Shown here: positions 25,412 through 38,160 of the stretch, piece after piece | Layout of the letters: every line of letters starts with the position of its first letter | Position numbering within the stretch: the first letter of the stretch is position 1 | Origin: Vicugna vicugna | Taxonomy: Eukaryota | Direction of reading: 5' to 3' | Assembly (NCBI GenBank): GCA_013265495.1 | Contig: MU058213.1 | Location: forward strand, 5,973,149-6,037,148 | DNA: 64,000 nucleotides | Notes under the pieces: model-generated | The model's database searches: none | The model's input: the letters and a program-made list of their open reading frames with translations, nothing else | What the model was told of the DNA's origin: nothing | Made by a program: the position numbers and the translations under genes

Positions 25412-25627
25412 CAAGGACTTCTCAGTTGGAATCTTATTGGCATTTTGGGTCAGATAACTCTTTGTTGTGGGGGACTGTCCTATGCGTTGTAGGGTATTTA
25501 ACAGTACCGCTGGCTTCAACCCCCTAGATGTCAGTAACAGCTGCCTAGTTGTGACAACCAAAAATATCTCCTGACTTTGCCAAATAACCCTTGGGGATCA
25601 AAATCAACTCCAGTTGAGAACCTCCAT
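25412..25627 (+). mobile_element. MER20 hAT-Charlie element
   Basis: cattttgggtcagataactctttgttgtgggggactgtcctatgcgttgtaggg...gttgtgacaaccaaaaatatctcc...ccagttgagaacc. Confidence 0.88.
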
Positions 25628-25699
25628 ACTAAAATGCAGGACAGTTGCTGAAACTGCTCCTATTTACAGTTCTCCTTACTGCCAAACTCAGACATTTCA

Positions 25700-26890
25700 T
25701 ATGCTTGATCACCCACGTCAGTGTTGTAACTTTCTTCTCACTTGACCTGTAATCTGTTTCTTAACTTTGTTCTGGTCTGTCCATATCCTTCTGGGACTCC
25801 TTTTCATTCCTCAACTTTTAAAATATCAGAATTCCCCAGGTATCTGTCTCCTCTCACTTATACTCTGGGTAACTTCATCAAAATTATGGCTTCGGCTATC
25901 CCATATAAGTTAATGAATCCAAATCTCGATCTTCAACCCAGACCTCTCTGGAGCTCCAGACACATATAGCCAACAGCTTACTGGAATCTCCACTTTAGGT
26001 AAATGCTAGCTATCTCAAACCCAGTTTTCCCAATAAAGAAGTATTTCCTCCTCCTTCATCCTACCCCAGTTAAAAGTCCCAAATCCCCAAAGCTGGGTTT
26101 TTCAAGCCTGTGTCTCTTTCTTGAATGACCCAGCACCCAACCATTTACCATAAATCTGGAAGCCTCTCCTTCTCCTTCACCTCCTATACCACTTAGTTAT
26201 TCAGTCTTCTTATCTTTTCTATCTGTCTCTTCCTTCTCATTTTCATTTCCACCACCCTCATCACTTTTTACCTGCAATTCCACATAGTATTTTCCCCTCT
26301 ACTCTTGACTTTCTTCAATCTATTCTCTACTCTGCTTACATAATGTGTCTTGAATAGTCAAATCTGATTGTTATTCCTTTAACTGATTTCACTGAATGGC
26401 TTTCCATAATTTTAAGTAAAACTATAGTTCCAGCTCCTTATCCTAGCAAAAACCACCTTACTTAATCCATTTCTATCTACTTTTCTTCTCTCATCTCTTG
26501 AGTTTCCCTGCATGACACATTTAATAGATCGTAGCAGAGAATTTGCTTCATGCTATTTCGACTAGAGGATTCTGTACCTTAGCATGTGCCAATCTGATTT
26601 CTGCCTGCAATGCCTTTTCTATTTGCTGTATTTAACTGTGTTCATTCATGTTGCAAAATTTAATTTAAACTTTCTCTTGATTTGACTACAGTGTTTCATC
26701 TTTGTGTTCTCAGAGTACCCAGCATACCATCCTACCCCTTCCACATTATAGTGTAAATAATGGGTTTGCTTTCATGGGTTTTGGAGAATACTTCAGGTAA
26801 GGCAGTGGTTATGTATCTGGTACTCACAGTGCCCAGCACAATGTCTAACACATAGTAAGTACTAGATGTTTGTTAAACAAATGAATATAC
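25700..26890 (+). mobile_element. L2 LINE fragments
   Basis: ccagacctctctggagctccagacacatatagccaacagcttactgga... and the L2 3' end cccagcacaatgtctaacacatagtaagtactagatgtttgttaaacaaatgaat. Confidence 0.75.
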
Positions 26891-27248
26891 TAAACACCTG
26901 GACTGGTGCAGATTTTACAGAGAGGAATGGGTTGAATTTTAATATCTAAGATATTTCAGAGGCAGAATTGGAAGAACTTCTTGATTGATAAGAGGTAGAG
27001 AGTGAGGAAGAGAGAGTCATCAAAGATGACCATTATGTTTCTAGTTAGATAACTTGGTTCTATTGACTGAGACAGGAAAGACTGAGATGGATGGGGTTTA
27101 AATACTGTCTACATACATTTATTTATTATTTTGGACATGATGTGTCAGAGATGCCGGTGGGACATTAAAGTGTAAATAACACATCAAGTAAACAGCCATA
27201 TGGGTCTAGATCCCAGTCAGTGCTGTCCAGTAAAAGCTAGATCCCAGT

Positions 27249-27789
27249 CAGTGCTGTCCAGTAAAAGTGTAGTGTGAGCTACAAATGTAACTTAAAATTT
27301 TCTAGTGGTCACATCTTAAAAGTAAAATGAATAGGTTAGATTAATTTTTAAGAGTGTATTTTACTTAACCTTGGTTTTCTCAACTGTACTATTAACATTT
27401 TGGGCCAGAGAATTACTTGTATAGGGTTATCCTGTGAGTTATAAGATGTTTAACAGCATCCCTGGCCTCTTGTTAGTAGATGACAATAGTCCCCTCCCCC
27501 TAAAGTTATGACAAACAAAAGTGTCTCCAGATATTGTTAAATATCCCAGGGGGAGGAAAGGGCACAAAATCACCTCTGCTTGAGAACCACTGATTTAACC
27601 CAATATAGGCAAAATATTATTTCAACATGTAATCAATATTAAAAATTGAGATTTTTTTTCAATTTTTTGTATTGTATCTTTGAAATTGGATGTATAGATT
27701 TCACTTACAGCACTTCTCAATTTGTACTGGCCACATTTAGATGCTCAACAGTTAATGTAGCTAGTGTCTACCTTATTGAAGAGCACAGG
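27249..27789 (+). mobile_element. MER33 hAT element with a nested MER20
   Basis: cagtgctgtccagta...aaaattttctagtggtcacat...atttcaacatgtaatcaatat...acttacagcacttctcaatt. Confidence 0.85.
27371..27592 (+). mobile_element. MER20 nested in MER33
   Basis: MER20 consensus motifs; 8-bp hAT-type TSD acttaacc (27363-27370) and atttaacc (27593-27600). Confidence 0.88.
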
Positions 27790-28909
27790 TCAAGAGCTTT
27801 AGGAAGAAGCTCTTTCTGGTTAGGTCTGGAAACACAGGACTTTGAGAAGTCATGAATCGATAACAATTAAAACCTTGGCAGTAGATAAGATAGTCCAGGA
27901 AGAATTTTATATTTAGAATGAGAAAATAGGAGGATTGAGGAAAAACTCCAGTCCAATGCTTTTCCAGTTTCCCCACACAATCTGCTACCCTTTCTTCATA
28001 TTATTATTTTAAAATATTTTCTTCACTGAACAATATGGAGAACATGAACGAAGAAAGAGTATTCAGAAAGATAAGCTGATGACAAAGGGAGGGAATCAAT
28101 GTTTATTGAACACTTAATTGGTAAGTAAAGTTCGAAGCATTATATGAACTGTCTTATTTAATGTCACAAGAACCCTTAGAGGTAAATGATGTCATCTCAA
28201 TTTATAGAGGAAACTGAGGTTGTTTGTTTTTGTTTTAGATATGCTTTAATTTTATTTCTTTTTAATTGAGTAATAATTTAATAATTGACATTTTTTTTCT
28301 TTTTTGGCAACAGATTTACAAAGGTCTAATCAATCAGCCAGCTGTTAACTGGCATCACTGGGATTTGAAAGAAAGTCTGACAGATTTCAAAGTCTACATC
28401 CTTTCCCCCTACATCCACCTAACGCACGTAATGAGGCATTTGCTATCTACTGATTTTTTTTAATGAAATAATTAAGAAGGCGCATGTGACTGCAGTTAGC
28501 TCCCAGGATATTTATTACCACTTTTGATCTGATTCTGGAAGCAAATTCACCGTAACGTTGACGTACCATGATGTCTCTGTCATTAGCAAGTATGATTCGA
28601 GTATCACTTGCTATGAAAGACACTAAACCATGATGGTTTTCTTTAATTGTACCCTAAGTATAGTCAATAACCCTGTGGTTAGTTGTAATTTATAGTTATG
28701 AAAAAATTAGCCAAGATGTAGTTAGTATTTTGTTTAAATACTGAACGCATTTCACCAAGGAAAATAAAATAATGAGCGTTATGACATCGCTCGGCTTCGC
28801 CAACAGACTGATAAAGCGAGTACAAAGGGGGAGGGCCGGGGAAGAGGGGGCGGGACAGTGAGAAACAAGAATCTGAGCAAGCGCAGAAACAAACAGATGT
28901 TAAGGGAGG

Positions 28910-29348
28910 CGTGAAGTCGCCTGCGTTCTCACTTTGCGAACTGTCGTAAAGCCCCGGAGTGTCGCGCTCGCTCGGTAGAGGAGGGATTGGTTAGGCGGCG
29001 GCGGCGGCGGCGGCGGCGGCCGGAGACCAGCCTCAGTGGCGGCGACGGTGGCGAGGTGTTTGGTCTGCGCAACATAGAAACGCCCGCAGCTTCGGGGAAG
29101 GAGTTGCTGTGGGACCAAGTCAGGCATTCTGAACCCAAGGCCAGTCAGCTGGGCCGAAGCAGGCGCTGCCGCTGGTACAGTTTTGGTGGCGGTGACAGAC
29201 GCTGCTCTTGACTGTGGGGGCCTATCAGGCCAACGTCTGAGGCGCAATCACTGGCTCTCGACGCATCCTCTTCCCCCCTTACCTCTGCTGTCTTCCTTCC
29301 TGGGCCAGTGATTCCCGGAGCCTGGAAAGAGGGTGGCTAATGATTAAG
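28910..29348 (+). other. RNF111: RNF111 non-coding exon 1 (start approximate)
   Basis: Lies in the CpG island upstream of the RNF111 coding exon and ends at the strong donor AAG|GTGAGG (29348/29349); the TSS cannot be fixed from sequence alone. Confidence 0.75.
28994..29020 (+). repeat. (GGC)9 trinucleotide repeat in the RNF111 5' region
   Basis: Nine uninterrupted GGC units. Confidence 0.97.
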
Positions 29349-31994
29349 GTGAGGGGCCAGGGGGGAGGGGATCGATCGGAGGCCGCGCGTGCGCGCAACG
29401 GGGGAGGGGCCGGCCTGAGGGGAGAAAGAGGAAGGGCTGCGGCCGCCGAAGGCTGGGGTCGGCGACCGGCCGGCTGTTGCTGGCTCCACGGTCACTTAGG
29501 GTCTGCGTGTCCGCAGAAGACTGATTTGTGTCTCAGCAAAGCGTTCGTCCACAGACACACCCACACCCCTCAGTAGGGGACTGTGGGTGAGGGGATTTCT
29601 TTCCCCTTTTCGACTCTCCCTAGGGTCTTAGGACGGGGGCTGAGGACTGAGGCGTAGGAGTGCGATTTGACAATGGAGCGATGAAGGTAACCTGCACCCG
29701 CGGTGTTGGAGGGCGCTAAGTCAGCCCTGACGGTTAGGGAGTCGGCTGCTTATGTGATCAAGGAAACGTAGACCGCGGAACAGGAGAAATACAGACGCGT
29801 CAGATTGTATATAGAGTTGGCTTGCTGGTCGTTAAAAAGGAAGCTTGATATTTTTTATGATTGTCCTTTGATAACTTAACAGGGACGGAGGCAGTGCTGT
29901 AGTAGAAATGTTTGTCCTATAGAGCAGAAATAGAGGTTTGTCACCACAGTTCTTAAATAGGTTTATAGTAGATCTTTACAGATAACTTCTTAACGCAAGT
30001 CTTAGTTTCAACGTTAAAAAATACCAGGAAGTATAGGGTATTCATTTAATTTTTTCGTGTTTGTAATATGGGATGACTCCATTGTGTTGCATGCTTTCCT
30101 GTTTCTTGATTTATATGCAGTATGAATTTAGAGCTCTCTGGAGTGGTAAGATATCAGCTGACAGAGACTTCATTTTATAGTTCTTATAGCTTTTGAACGT
30201 GACTTAATCCGAACTTTATTTCATTGTATGTTTTATGTTTAATTTAACTGTTTTAGGGACCTCTTCAACCAAAAAGAACAGACTGGGGAAGAGATAAGCT
30301 AAGGTTCCATTTCCTTTCCCATTTTTGTTTTTGTGTCGTTGTTTTCAAATGTTAGAGTGTGATTTCGGTATTTCGTAGAAGTTCTATACTACTGTTTTTA
30401 CTTGGCTTTATTAGGGCGAAAATCAACATTTTGACAGTTCGTTACTATGGTTTTTAGTAAAAATTTTCATGTCACTGTAAACCATGTTATTTTTCATACT
30501 ATGTAGTCGTGTTTGGTTGTGTTTCTGAGACAAAACAGGATGAGAGAGAAACCCTTTCACTTTGAAAAGAATCTTAAATTGGATTTTTTAAAAAGCCTTG
30601 AAATATTTTACTTTTGTCTACCTCCTGTCATTTAACCTTGGACAAATGACATCTCTTTCCTGTCCATTTGTATGCCTCCTACAATTCAGAGTAGTTTTCT
30701 AAGAACTGGTGAAGTGTTTATGAATTGGTTGGGAAAACTAGGAAGGGTAGGGTCTCTCCTTGATCATTGAGGATGCTATATTTTATGTGTTTGGATTCTT
30801 CTGTCACTTTTTCCTTTTTATTTGGTGTCTTCTAGTCACTTGCATGTTCTTTCACTAGAGTTGTTTTTTGAAGAAAGAATAAAAATAATTTTGTTTTGGT
30901 GAAAAAAGCATCATAGTGGAGATTACACACTGACAAATTTCACTTCGGGGCTCTGTTTCTATAGATAATTGAAAAGTAGCTATACTGATCTTCAAGATAA
31001 GAAGACAGCAATTTACTCCTCTAAACCACAGAATAGTCATCAGATATTCCTAAATAGTTATTTTCACTATAAAATTTAAAATGTGGAATAAAAAACTCGA
31101 ATCAAACCAATTAGATTTTTTTAGAAATTTCTTGAATTATTTTGTCAAAGAGGAGTTTCGGTACCATGCTTTGCTTAGAGCATAATTATATGTGCCCTTG
31201 TTTTGACTTTTCCTCTGGTGGCTAGGACTTCAATAGGAAAAAAAGTCACAGTACTAAAAATGATAGTGAAGTATGTTGTAACTTGACATCAGCATTCTAT
31301 GTATGACATCTTACGAAAGGGCAAAGGGCTAGATATAGGAGATCTGGATTTTGGATCTAGCTTTGCTTGCTGTTCATTAGATCTTTGACTTTATTGATGA
31401 GTCAAAGGGAACAGCAAATGCATCCTGAGCTTCAGATCTCTCTCAACTGTTAAATGAAAGTGTGGAATAGAAAACTTTAGCTTTCTCTAGGCTCTAAATT
31501 TAATGGTTTGTATCTTTAGTTAGGTGTTTTTGGTATTAATTGTATTCATCATGATCCAATCCCCAGAAAGAAATGCTATACCCAGAGTATAAATTCCCTC
31601 ATGATATACATATTTAAAAAAAAAACTACGTTTGAGCCATATTTGTTGTTCTGGATAATGCTTATTTCCCATCGTAGATATTACTCATAATTCAATAGCT
31701 CTCATACGATACTAAAAAATGAAACTTTATTTTACTTCTGACAATGCTCTTTAAATCATCCTGAATAATTTTTCTTTCAGAAACCTGTAATCATTGTTCA
31801 GTCAAAGTCCAGAAATGCATTTGAATGCCTTCCATCTCTGTTCTTTCTTTCCTGCATCCCATAGTGTATTGGTAACAGCTAGCCCAGGTTTCTACAGGTA
31901 CTCAATTTATATTATTATGTGAGCAGTGAGCTATAATGTTTAAAAACAAATAGTAAACTGAGCTTACATTTTAAATAGAGGTACTGCATTACTG

Positions 31995-32330
31995 TTTAGT
32001 CATTCAGTAAATATTTATTGGTGTCTCATGTTCTTGGCATTGTTCTTGGCCTTCAGTGGAGAAGGCAGTCTGCCTTCATGGAGTGGACATTTTACTAGGG
32101 AAACCGGATTATAAGCAGAATAGTTTTAGGTAATGGTTAAGTTCCATGAAGAAAATAAGAGTGTGTGATGGAGAATGAATGAAAGTGGGGCTCAACTATG
32201 GAAGGAGTAGTTGGAAAGGACTTCTTTTTAGAGGCAATAATTGATTTGCTGTCAGTGATTAGAAAGAATCAGCCATAGTGATGATCTGGAGGAAGAGAGC
32301 TGCAGACAAAGGGGCCAGCAAATGCATTAG
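31995..32330 (-). mobile_element. L2 fragment
   Basis: tcattcagtaaatatttattggtgtctcatgttcttggcattgttct...ctgccttcatggagtggacattttactaggg. Confidence 0.7.
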
Positions 32331-33319
32331 ATTGGGCTTGATTCTGGAGAATCTACAAATGTAAATTAATTGTTTGGTTTGTCTGTTAGGCTTTTTCATA
32401 ATTACTGAGAGACAATGTAAAAAGAAAGATTATAAATAGTATATATAGTAACCAAATGTAATGTGTTGATGGTGTTTAAATCCTGACTCAAGCCAATTGT
32501 AGAAAGTAATTTTTGAAACACTTTGGGGGAAGTTTGAATGTGGATGATATCAAGGAATTATTGTTAGTTTTGTTAGGGATGCTAATAGCATTAAGTTTAT
32601 GTAAGAAAATGCCCATTTTTTTAAAGAGATGGAGACTGAAGAATGAGGAAGGGAAAAAAGATGTCTGGTATTTGTTTTAAAATACTTCAGACCAAAAAAA
32701 AGGAGGGGAGAGGGGAGTTAGAAGAAGCAAGTGTGGAATAATCCTGGTAGTTGTTGGGTGGGAGTGATGGGTATATGCATACTAATAATATTATTCTCTG
32801 TTTTTGTGAGACTTGAAAATGTTCATTTTTAAATAAGTATTTATAATAACTTATATCATATTTTAGGTGTCTTCTTCCTTTCTCTTCCCTCAATTTTGAT
32901 AAAATACAGAATTTTGTTCCTCTTTCTAAACATTCATCATTTGTTCAACAAATCTGAGTAGTGTATTTCAGGCACCTTGTTAGTGCTTGAGTTACAACAA
33001 AGAGCAGGACTTTAAGACTTGCCTATGAGGCGCTTATGGTTTGCTGGAGGAATGGAGAGTCCCTCAATATGGACTATGTTGACATGAAACAGAGATTTCT
33101 GTGTTTTCCTAAGGGTATACAAGATTAGCATTTTAGTGTTTATGTGGTTACTTAAAAAGTATTTTTCTTTTTCTAGAGAATTGAAAGTTTAGGAAATTCT
33201 CTCCGGGGCTGTGTGCCAGTCTGCGTCACTGTTGTACTCATTTCCCTTATTCATATGTGCTATAGGGCATCAGAATAAATCACTTATTATCACCATGTTT
33301 TGACATCCCAATTTGACTT

Positions 33320-34510
33320 TAAATTTTTTATTTTGAAATAATTTCACTTACAGAGAAGTATGAAAAATGGTATTGAGAACTCTTCAATATCTTTTACTCA
33401 GATTCACCAGTTTTTAAAATTTTGTCACATTTGCTTTCTCATTTTCTCTTTTCTGAATCACTTGAAGGTAAATTGCATATTATGCCCATTTTTCTTTAAA
33501 TATTCACTGTGTACTGTATTCTCTTACATTATCACAGTACAGCTACCAGTTTAAGGAACTCTAACATTGATGATACTGTCTTGTTATCTGTAGTCCCTAT
33601 TTCAGTTTTGTCAATTTGTCCCAGTAATAGTGTTTGCTCCTTTGCAGCATTTTCCCCGTAGGATCCAGTTCAGGATTGCAAATTGCATTTAATTGTCATG
33701 TCTCTTTAGTCTCCTTTCATCTGGAATAGTGCCATAGCCTTTCTCTTTCATTGTATGGACATTTTTGAAGAATATAGACTACATATATTATAGAATATTC
33801 CTCAGTTTGGACTTACCTGATGTTTCCTCATAATTCGATTCAGGTTATGCATCCTCAGCCAAGAATGTTGTATCCTTCTCAGGGTGTGATACTGGAGTAC
33901 GTATCATTGGTCAGCCCCTTATTGGTGATGTTTTTAGTTACCTGGTCATGGTGTTGTCTAGTTTCTTTGCAGGACTGTATAGTTACTGTTTTCGCCTTGT
34001 ACCTAATAAACAAACTGTGCGGACAACTTTGAGATAGTGCAGTGATCCTGCTTCTAATTAGAGCTTCTGTATCTTTATCATAATTTCCCTTTTGGATTGA
34101 GCATCCATTGGTGGTTCTTGACTGTACTGATACTTATTTACGTTGATGGTTGCAGAACGGTTATTTTCTAACTCTCTTTTACCTTATCAACAGACATTCT
34201 ATTTTAAGGAAGAAGCATCCTTTTATCTATCTGTTATCAATATAGACTTACGTATTTCTTATACTGTTCAATGGGTTATACTCCATTACTGCCTTTATTT
34301 ATTTTGATGCTCAGATTTGTCCATTGGGAGCCTTTCTACCCTGACTTCTGTGTCTTTTTGACATACTCTCATAATCCTTCCCCCAACCCCCCTGCCCCCA
34401 GTATTTCCTCTCTTTTTGCACAGCAAGATGTTCCAAGTTTAACATATCTTTTCTATCTCAGTCCTGGAACCAGCCAGTCTTCAAGGATTCCTCTTAGTGG
34501 GGAATCCAAT
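33320..34510 (-). mobile_element. L1MC-type 3' UTR fragment
   Basis: ttttattttgaaataatttcacttacagagaagt...caggattgcaaattgcatttaattgtcatgtctctttagtctcc...tcagtcctggaaccagccagtcttcaagga. Confidence 0.8.
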
Positions 34511-35524
34511 TTGCTTTTGAGTTATCTATTTATATTTAGAAATAATCTCTTTTTCTGGATCAGAACATCTGAGAAACTAAATTTAAATTAGATTTTGGTA
34601 GTGGGTTTATATTTCTGTGATGATTTTGTGAAGTAATTATGTAAGATTTAGCAGCTTATATTTACTATAAAGCAATTCTTTTCTTTTTCAGATAAATAAA
34701 TTCTGATTTTATCTTAATCGTGATCAAATGAAAAAGCAGGGGGAAAAAAGATTATTTTACTTTACGTTACTTTGTGTGTGGAGGTGTATGTGTTTGGGGA
34801 GAGTTTAACCACTTAACTGTTAAAAAAAAGTGACTTTAAGGTTTATATACTTGTCTGTTTTTAACTAAGTCATCAGACATTCTGGCCTGAGGAAATTGTT
34901 GCTTTTTAACTAGCTTTTTAGATGAAAATGTGTTTATTATAGTATAAAGTAATACTTCATGTAAGAGTGGAAACTCACAGGCACATTATTCTAGGCAGTT
35001 ACTGTTACACCTTGGTATATTTCACAGCCAATTCTCTCACCTGTGCATAGGTATTTACATTATTTATCTTTTAAACTTAATTTCTAAGTGTTTTTCCAGG
35101 CAACATTTTTGAATTATTTTTATTTTTGAACCAATTAACATCTGTACATGGTTTTAAAGTTAGTTCCAAAAGGCTTATAATAAAAAAAACAGCAGTCCTC
35201 TGTGCTACTCCCCTACCAGTCCCCTAGTTCTGCTTCCTAAGAGGAAACATTTTGCCCTCTTAAAATTTTTTTTTATATTTACCCTTATATCTCTAAATAA
35301 TATGCTTATATGTTGTCTTAGCCACTTTAGATGCCAGTTTACTTTTTAAATTTTTTAAACAATTATTTAATTTTTTAAGATAAAATACATACAAAGGATA
35401 CTAAATTCAGAGTACAAAGTGGTACAGGGAAAAATAAGTCTCCTTGCCATCCCTGTCTTCCTACCACCCAGTTCTTTTCCCTGGAGATACATTCTCTCTT
35501 CTTATTTTATATGTATTTCCCTGG

Positions 35525-36535
35525 CAGTGATTCTCTAAGGTGTGGTCTGTGGACTCTTGGGGGGCGGGGGATGGTATTCAAATGTTTCAGGTCATCTGTT
35601 AGATTGAAACTATTTCATAATGATACTAAGTTCTTCTTTGCTACTTAACTATGTTTACATTTGCACTGATAGTGCAGACACAGTGATGAGTAAAACTGTT
35701 GGCCCTGTAGTGCGTATCACAGGGGTGGCAAAAATTGTACTAATAGTCATATTCTTCATCACTATACCTTTGTAGTTGAAAAAAAACTCATTTCATTTAA
35801 GAATGTCCTTCATGAAGCAATAAAGCTTGTTAATTTTATTAATCTTGACCCTGGCGTACTGTCTTTTTAATATTTCAATGTACAAAGTGAGAAAAATGTT
35901 ATAAGGCACTTCTGCTGCGTACCAAAGTACGATGCTTGACTGGAAAAATATTTCTGTGATTGAGTTGTGAGCTGAGCTAGCAAGCTAGTTGCTTTTATCA
36001 TGGAACACTATTTTTACTTGAAAGAATGACAAACTATAGTTACTTAAACTTGGATATTTGGACATATTTTCTCAAAAATAAATGAAATGAGTCTGTCACT
36101 TCAGGGAGAATAACTGACAGAATTTATTGCCAAGATAAAATTAAGACTTCTAGGCAAATACTAGAGTTTTGGAAAACATGTCTGTCATTATGAGCTAGGC
36201 AACTTCTCAGGACCTTGCTGGTAAAATTGATGGTGATACTAACGTGTGTTTGTGTGTGTCTTACAGTGAAATGTGTCAGTGTTTGGAAGATGTGTATAAC
36301 TCTGTGGACCAACTTTTTTCAAATGGTCAGTATATGATATACCAAGTCATTCTGTGAGTAAAAGATCTCCTTAAGTGTGAGATCAATAGATTTTAAATGA
36401 AATGGTGTGATTTCAGATGGCAGCTAACCTCTACAGAATTACACTTGTTAAGTCTTGGCTTAATATTAAAGAAGAGTAATATCCACACTTACCTGAAAAG
36501 TTTATTTAAAATACTTCTTTTTCAACTTCATGTTT
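35525..36535 (+). mobile_element. Charlie1-type hAT transposon with decayed transposase sequence
   Basis: Terminal repeat cagtgattctctaaggtgtggtc; decayed hAT transposase motifs ICTDSADTVMS (cf. ICTDGAxAMxG) and LLRTKVRCLTGK (cf. HTEVRWLSRGK); many stops. Confidence 0.85.
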
Positions 36536-36544
36536 GTGTGTGTA

Positions 36545-36767
36545 TTTTTTAAACATTTTTTATTGATTTATAATCATTTTACAATGTGTCAAATTCCAGT
36601 GTTCAGCACAATTTTTCAGTTATATGTGAACATATATATATTCATTGTCACATTTTTTTCTCTGTGAGCTACCATAAGATTTTGTGTATATTTCCCTGTG
36701 CTATACAGTATAATCTTGTTTATCTATTCTACAATTTTGAAATCCCGTCTATCCCTTCCCACCCTCC
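36545..36767 (-). mobile_element. Young lineage L1 3' end
   Basis: Closely similar to the copy at 58321-58564 (aacattttttattgatttataat...tatttccctgtgctatacagtataatcttgtttatct). Confidence 0.85.
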
Positions 36768-37699
36768 TTTTTTTTTTTTAATGTTTTTACTGTCAATTCA
36801 GTAAGGAAATTTGAGATATAGATATGTGTATAATTTACTGTGTTTAAGTAAAATGTGAATTTTACTTTTCATAAATATGACAGAATTAGCAGGTGCAAGT
36901 TATATTATTGATGTGAAACTGGGCTTTTTCCCCAACTCTTACTGGTAAAATCATATTTAAATATGTGAATAAATACAGTTTTCGTATATGTGATAAATAG
37001 GTTCACTTTACAAAGCCTTTTCGTACTTTAACAGGTATGTTCTTTATTACAAAGTAGTCTTATTAAAAAAATCATGTGATAGAAGATTTTTATTACAGAA
37101 CATCTGCAGAATGTGATTTATTATCATGGATTTGATTGTATTTTCTATAAAATCACATTTCTTTAAAGACCTACATATAGGAATGGATAAAACTGCCATT
37201 TTATTTTCAGAGCCATCTTTCTACCTGTCATTCCTCTGATATGCCTTTATCCTTATTCTCCACTTGAGGAAATCTTGCTTTTAAGGACTAGCTCTTAAAG
37301 GTCTGTGGTTTCTCCTGCAGAATCAGTAGTGTTCCCTTTTGTCTCTCCATAGTATTTGGTCCTTTTCTTATTTTGTAGCAATTATCTAATTTTACTAGAA
37401 CTTTAACATTCTCCCACTATGGAAGCTAAGTTCTGAAAATCTCTATGGTAAAGAGAAGAAATTGTGGTTGAGTAACATAAAATCATAAGTAAATTAGGTC
37501 ATGGGTACTGAAGTCATGAGAGCTCTCAAAACTATACATTTAGTTTAGAAGAAAGAGACCAAACCCAACAACTTACGTAGAAAGGTTTTTTTGTGTTTTG
37601 TTGCAGACCTTAGGCAAGTCACATAACTTCTGTAGTCTTCAGTTCCCTGGGTGTAGTAGTTTTTAGAGAGGATAAAATGGAAAAAAAGTGTGGCACACA

Positions 37700-38160
37700 G
37701 TTCCTTAAAGACCTTACCTAATCTAGCCCCTGTCCAGCTCTGATCCCATTGTGTGCCATCTTCGTTTCCTCCCACTCCTCTTCTTTCTGTTCTTTGCACA
37801 TGTTAGGCCTGTTCCTCCCACATGATCTTTTCTTACTGTTTCCTCTGCTAAGAATACTTTTCCTCCAGAACTGTGTGTCTTGGCTGACTGGTGGCTGGTT
37901 CCTTCTCATCATCCAGGTCTTTAGCTTCTTAGCAAGGAGGCTGTTGATGGTCAGTCTTTACTGTTTGTTTTATTTCCTTAATAACACATACTTCTTTCTA
38001 AAATTATCTTAATTGTTTGTCTACTTTTGTCTTGTTTGTCCTCATTTGTGTGCAATTTCCACAAAAGCAAAGACTTTATATAGTCTCTTCACTGTTGATC
38101 CCAGTGCCTAGAATGGTGCCCAGCCTATAATGGGCTCTCAATAAATATTTATTGAACGAC
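37700..38160 (+). mobile_element. L2a-like 3' end
   Basis: cccagtgcctagaatggtgcccagcctataatgggctctcaataaatatttattgaa. Confidence 0.8.

Larger units (their letters stand above)
28780..29800. promoter_or_regulatory. RNF111: RNF111 CpG island / promoter
   Basis: CpG-rich; GC box GGGGCGGGA 28847-28855; inverted CCAAT (GATTGG) 28985-28990; NRF1-like GCGCGTGCGC 29385-29394. Confidence 0.9.

Noticed and set aside
28900..29576. Poly-Pro and poly-Arg ORFs over the RNF111 promoter
   Set aside because: Products of the (GGC)9 repeat and high GC; ORF 29340-29576 runs through the splice donor.
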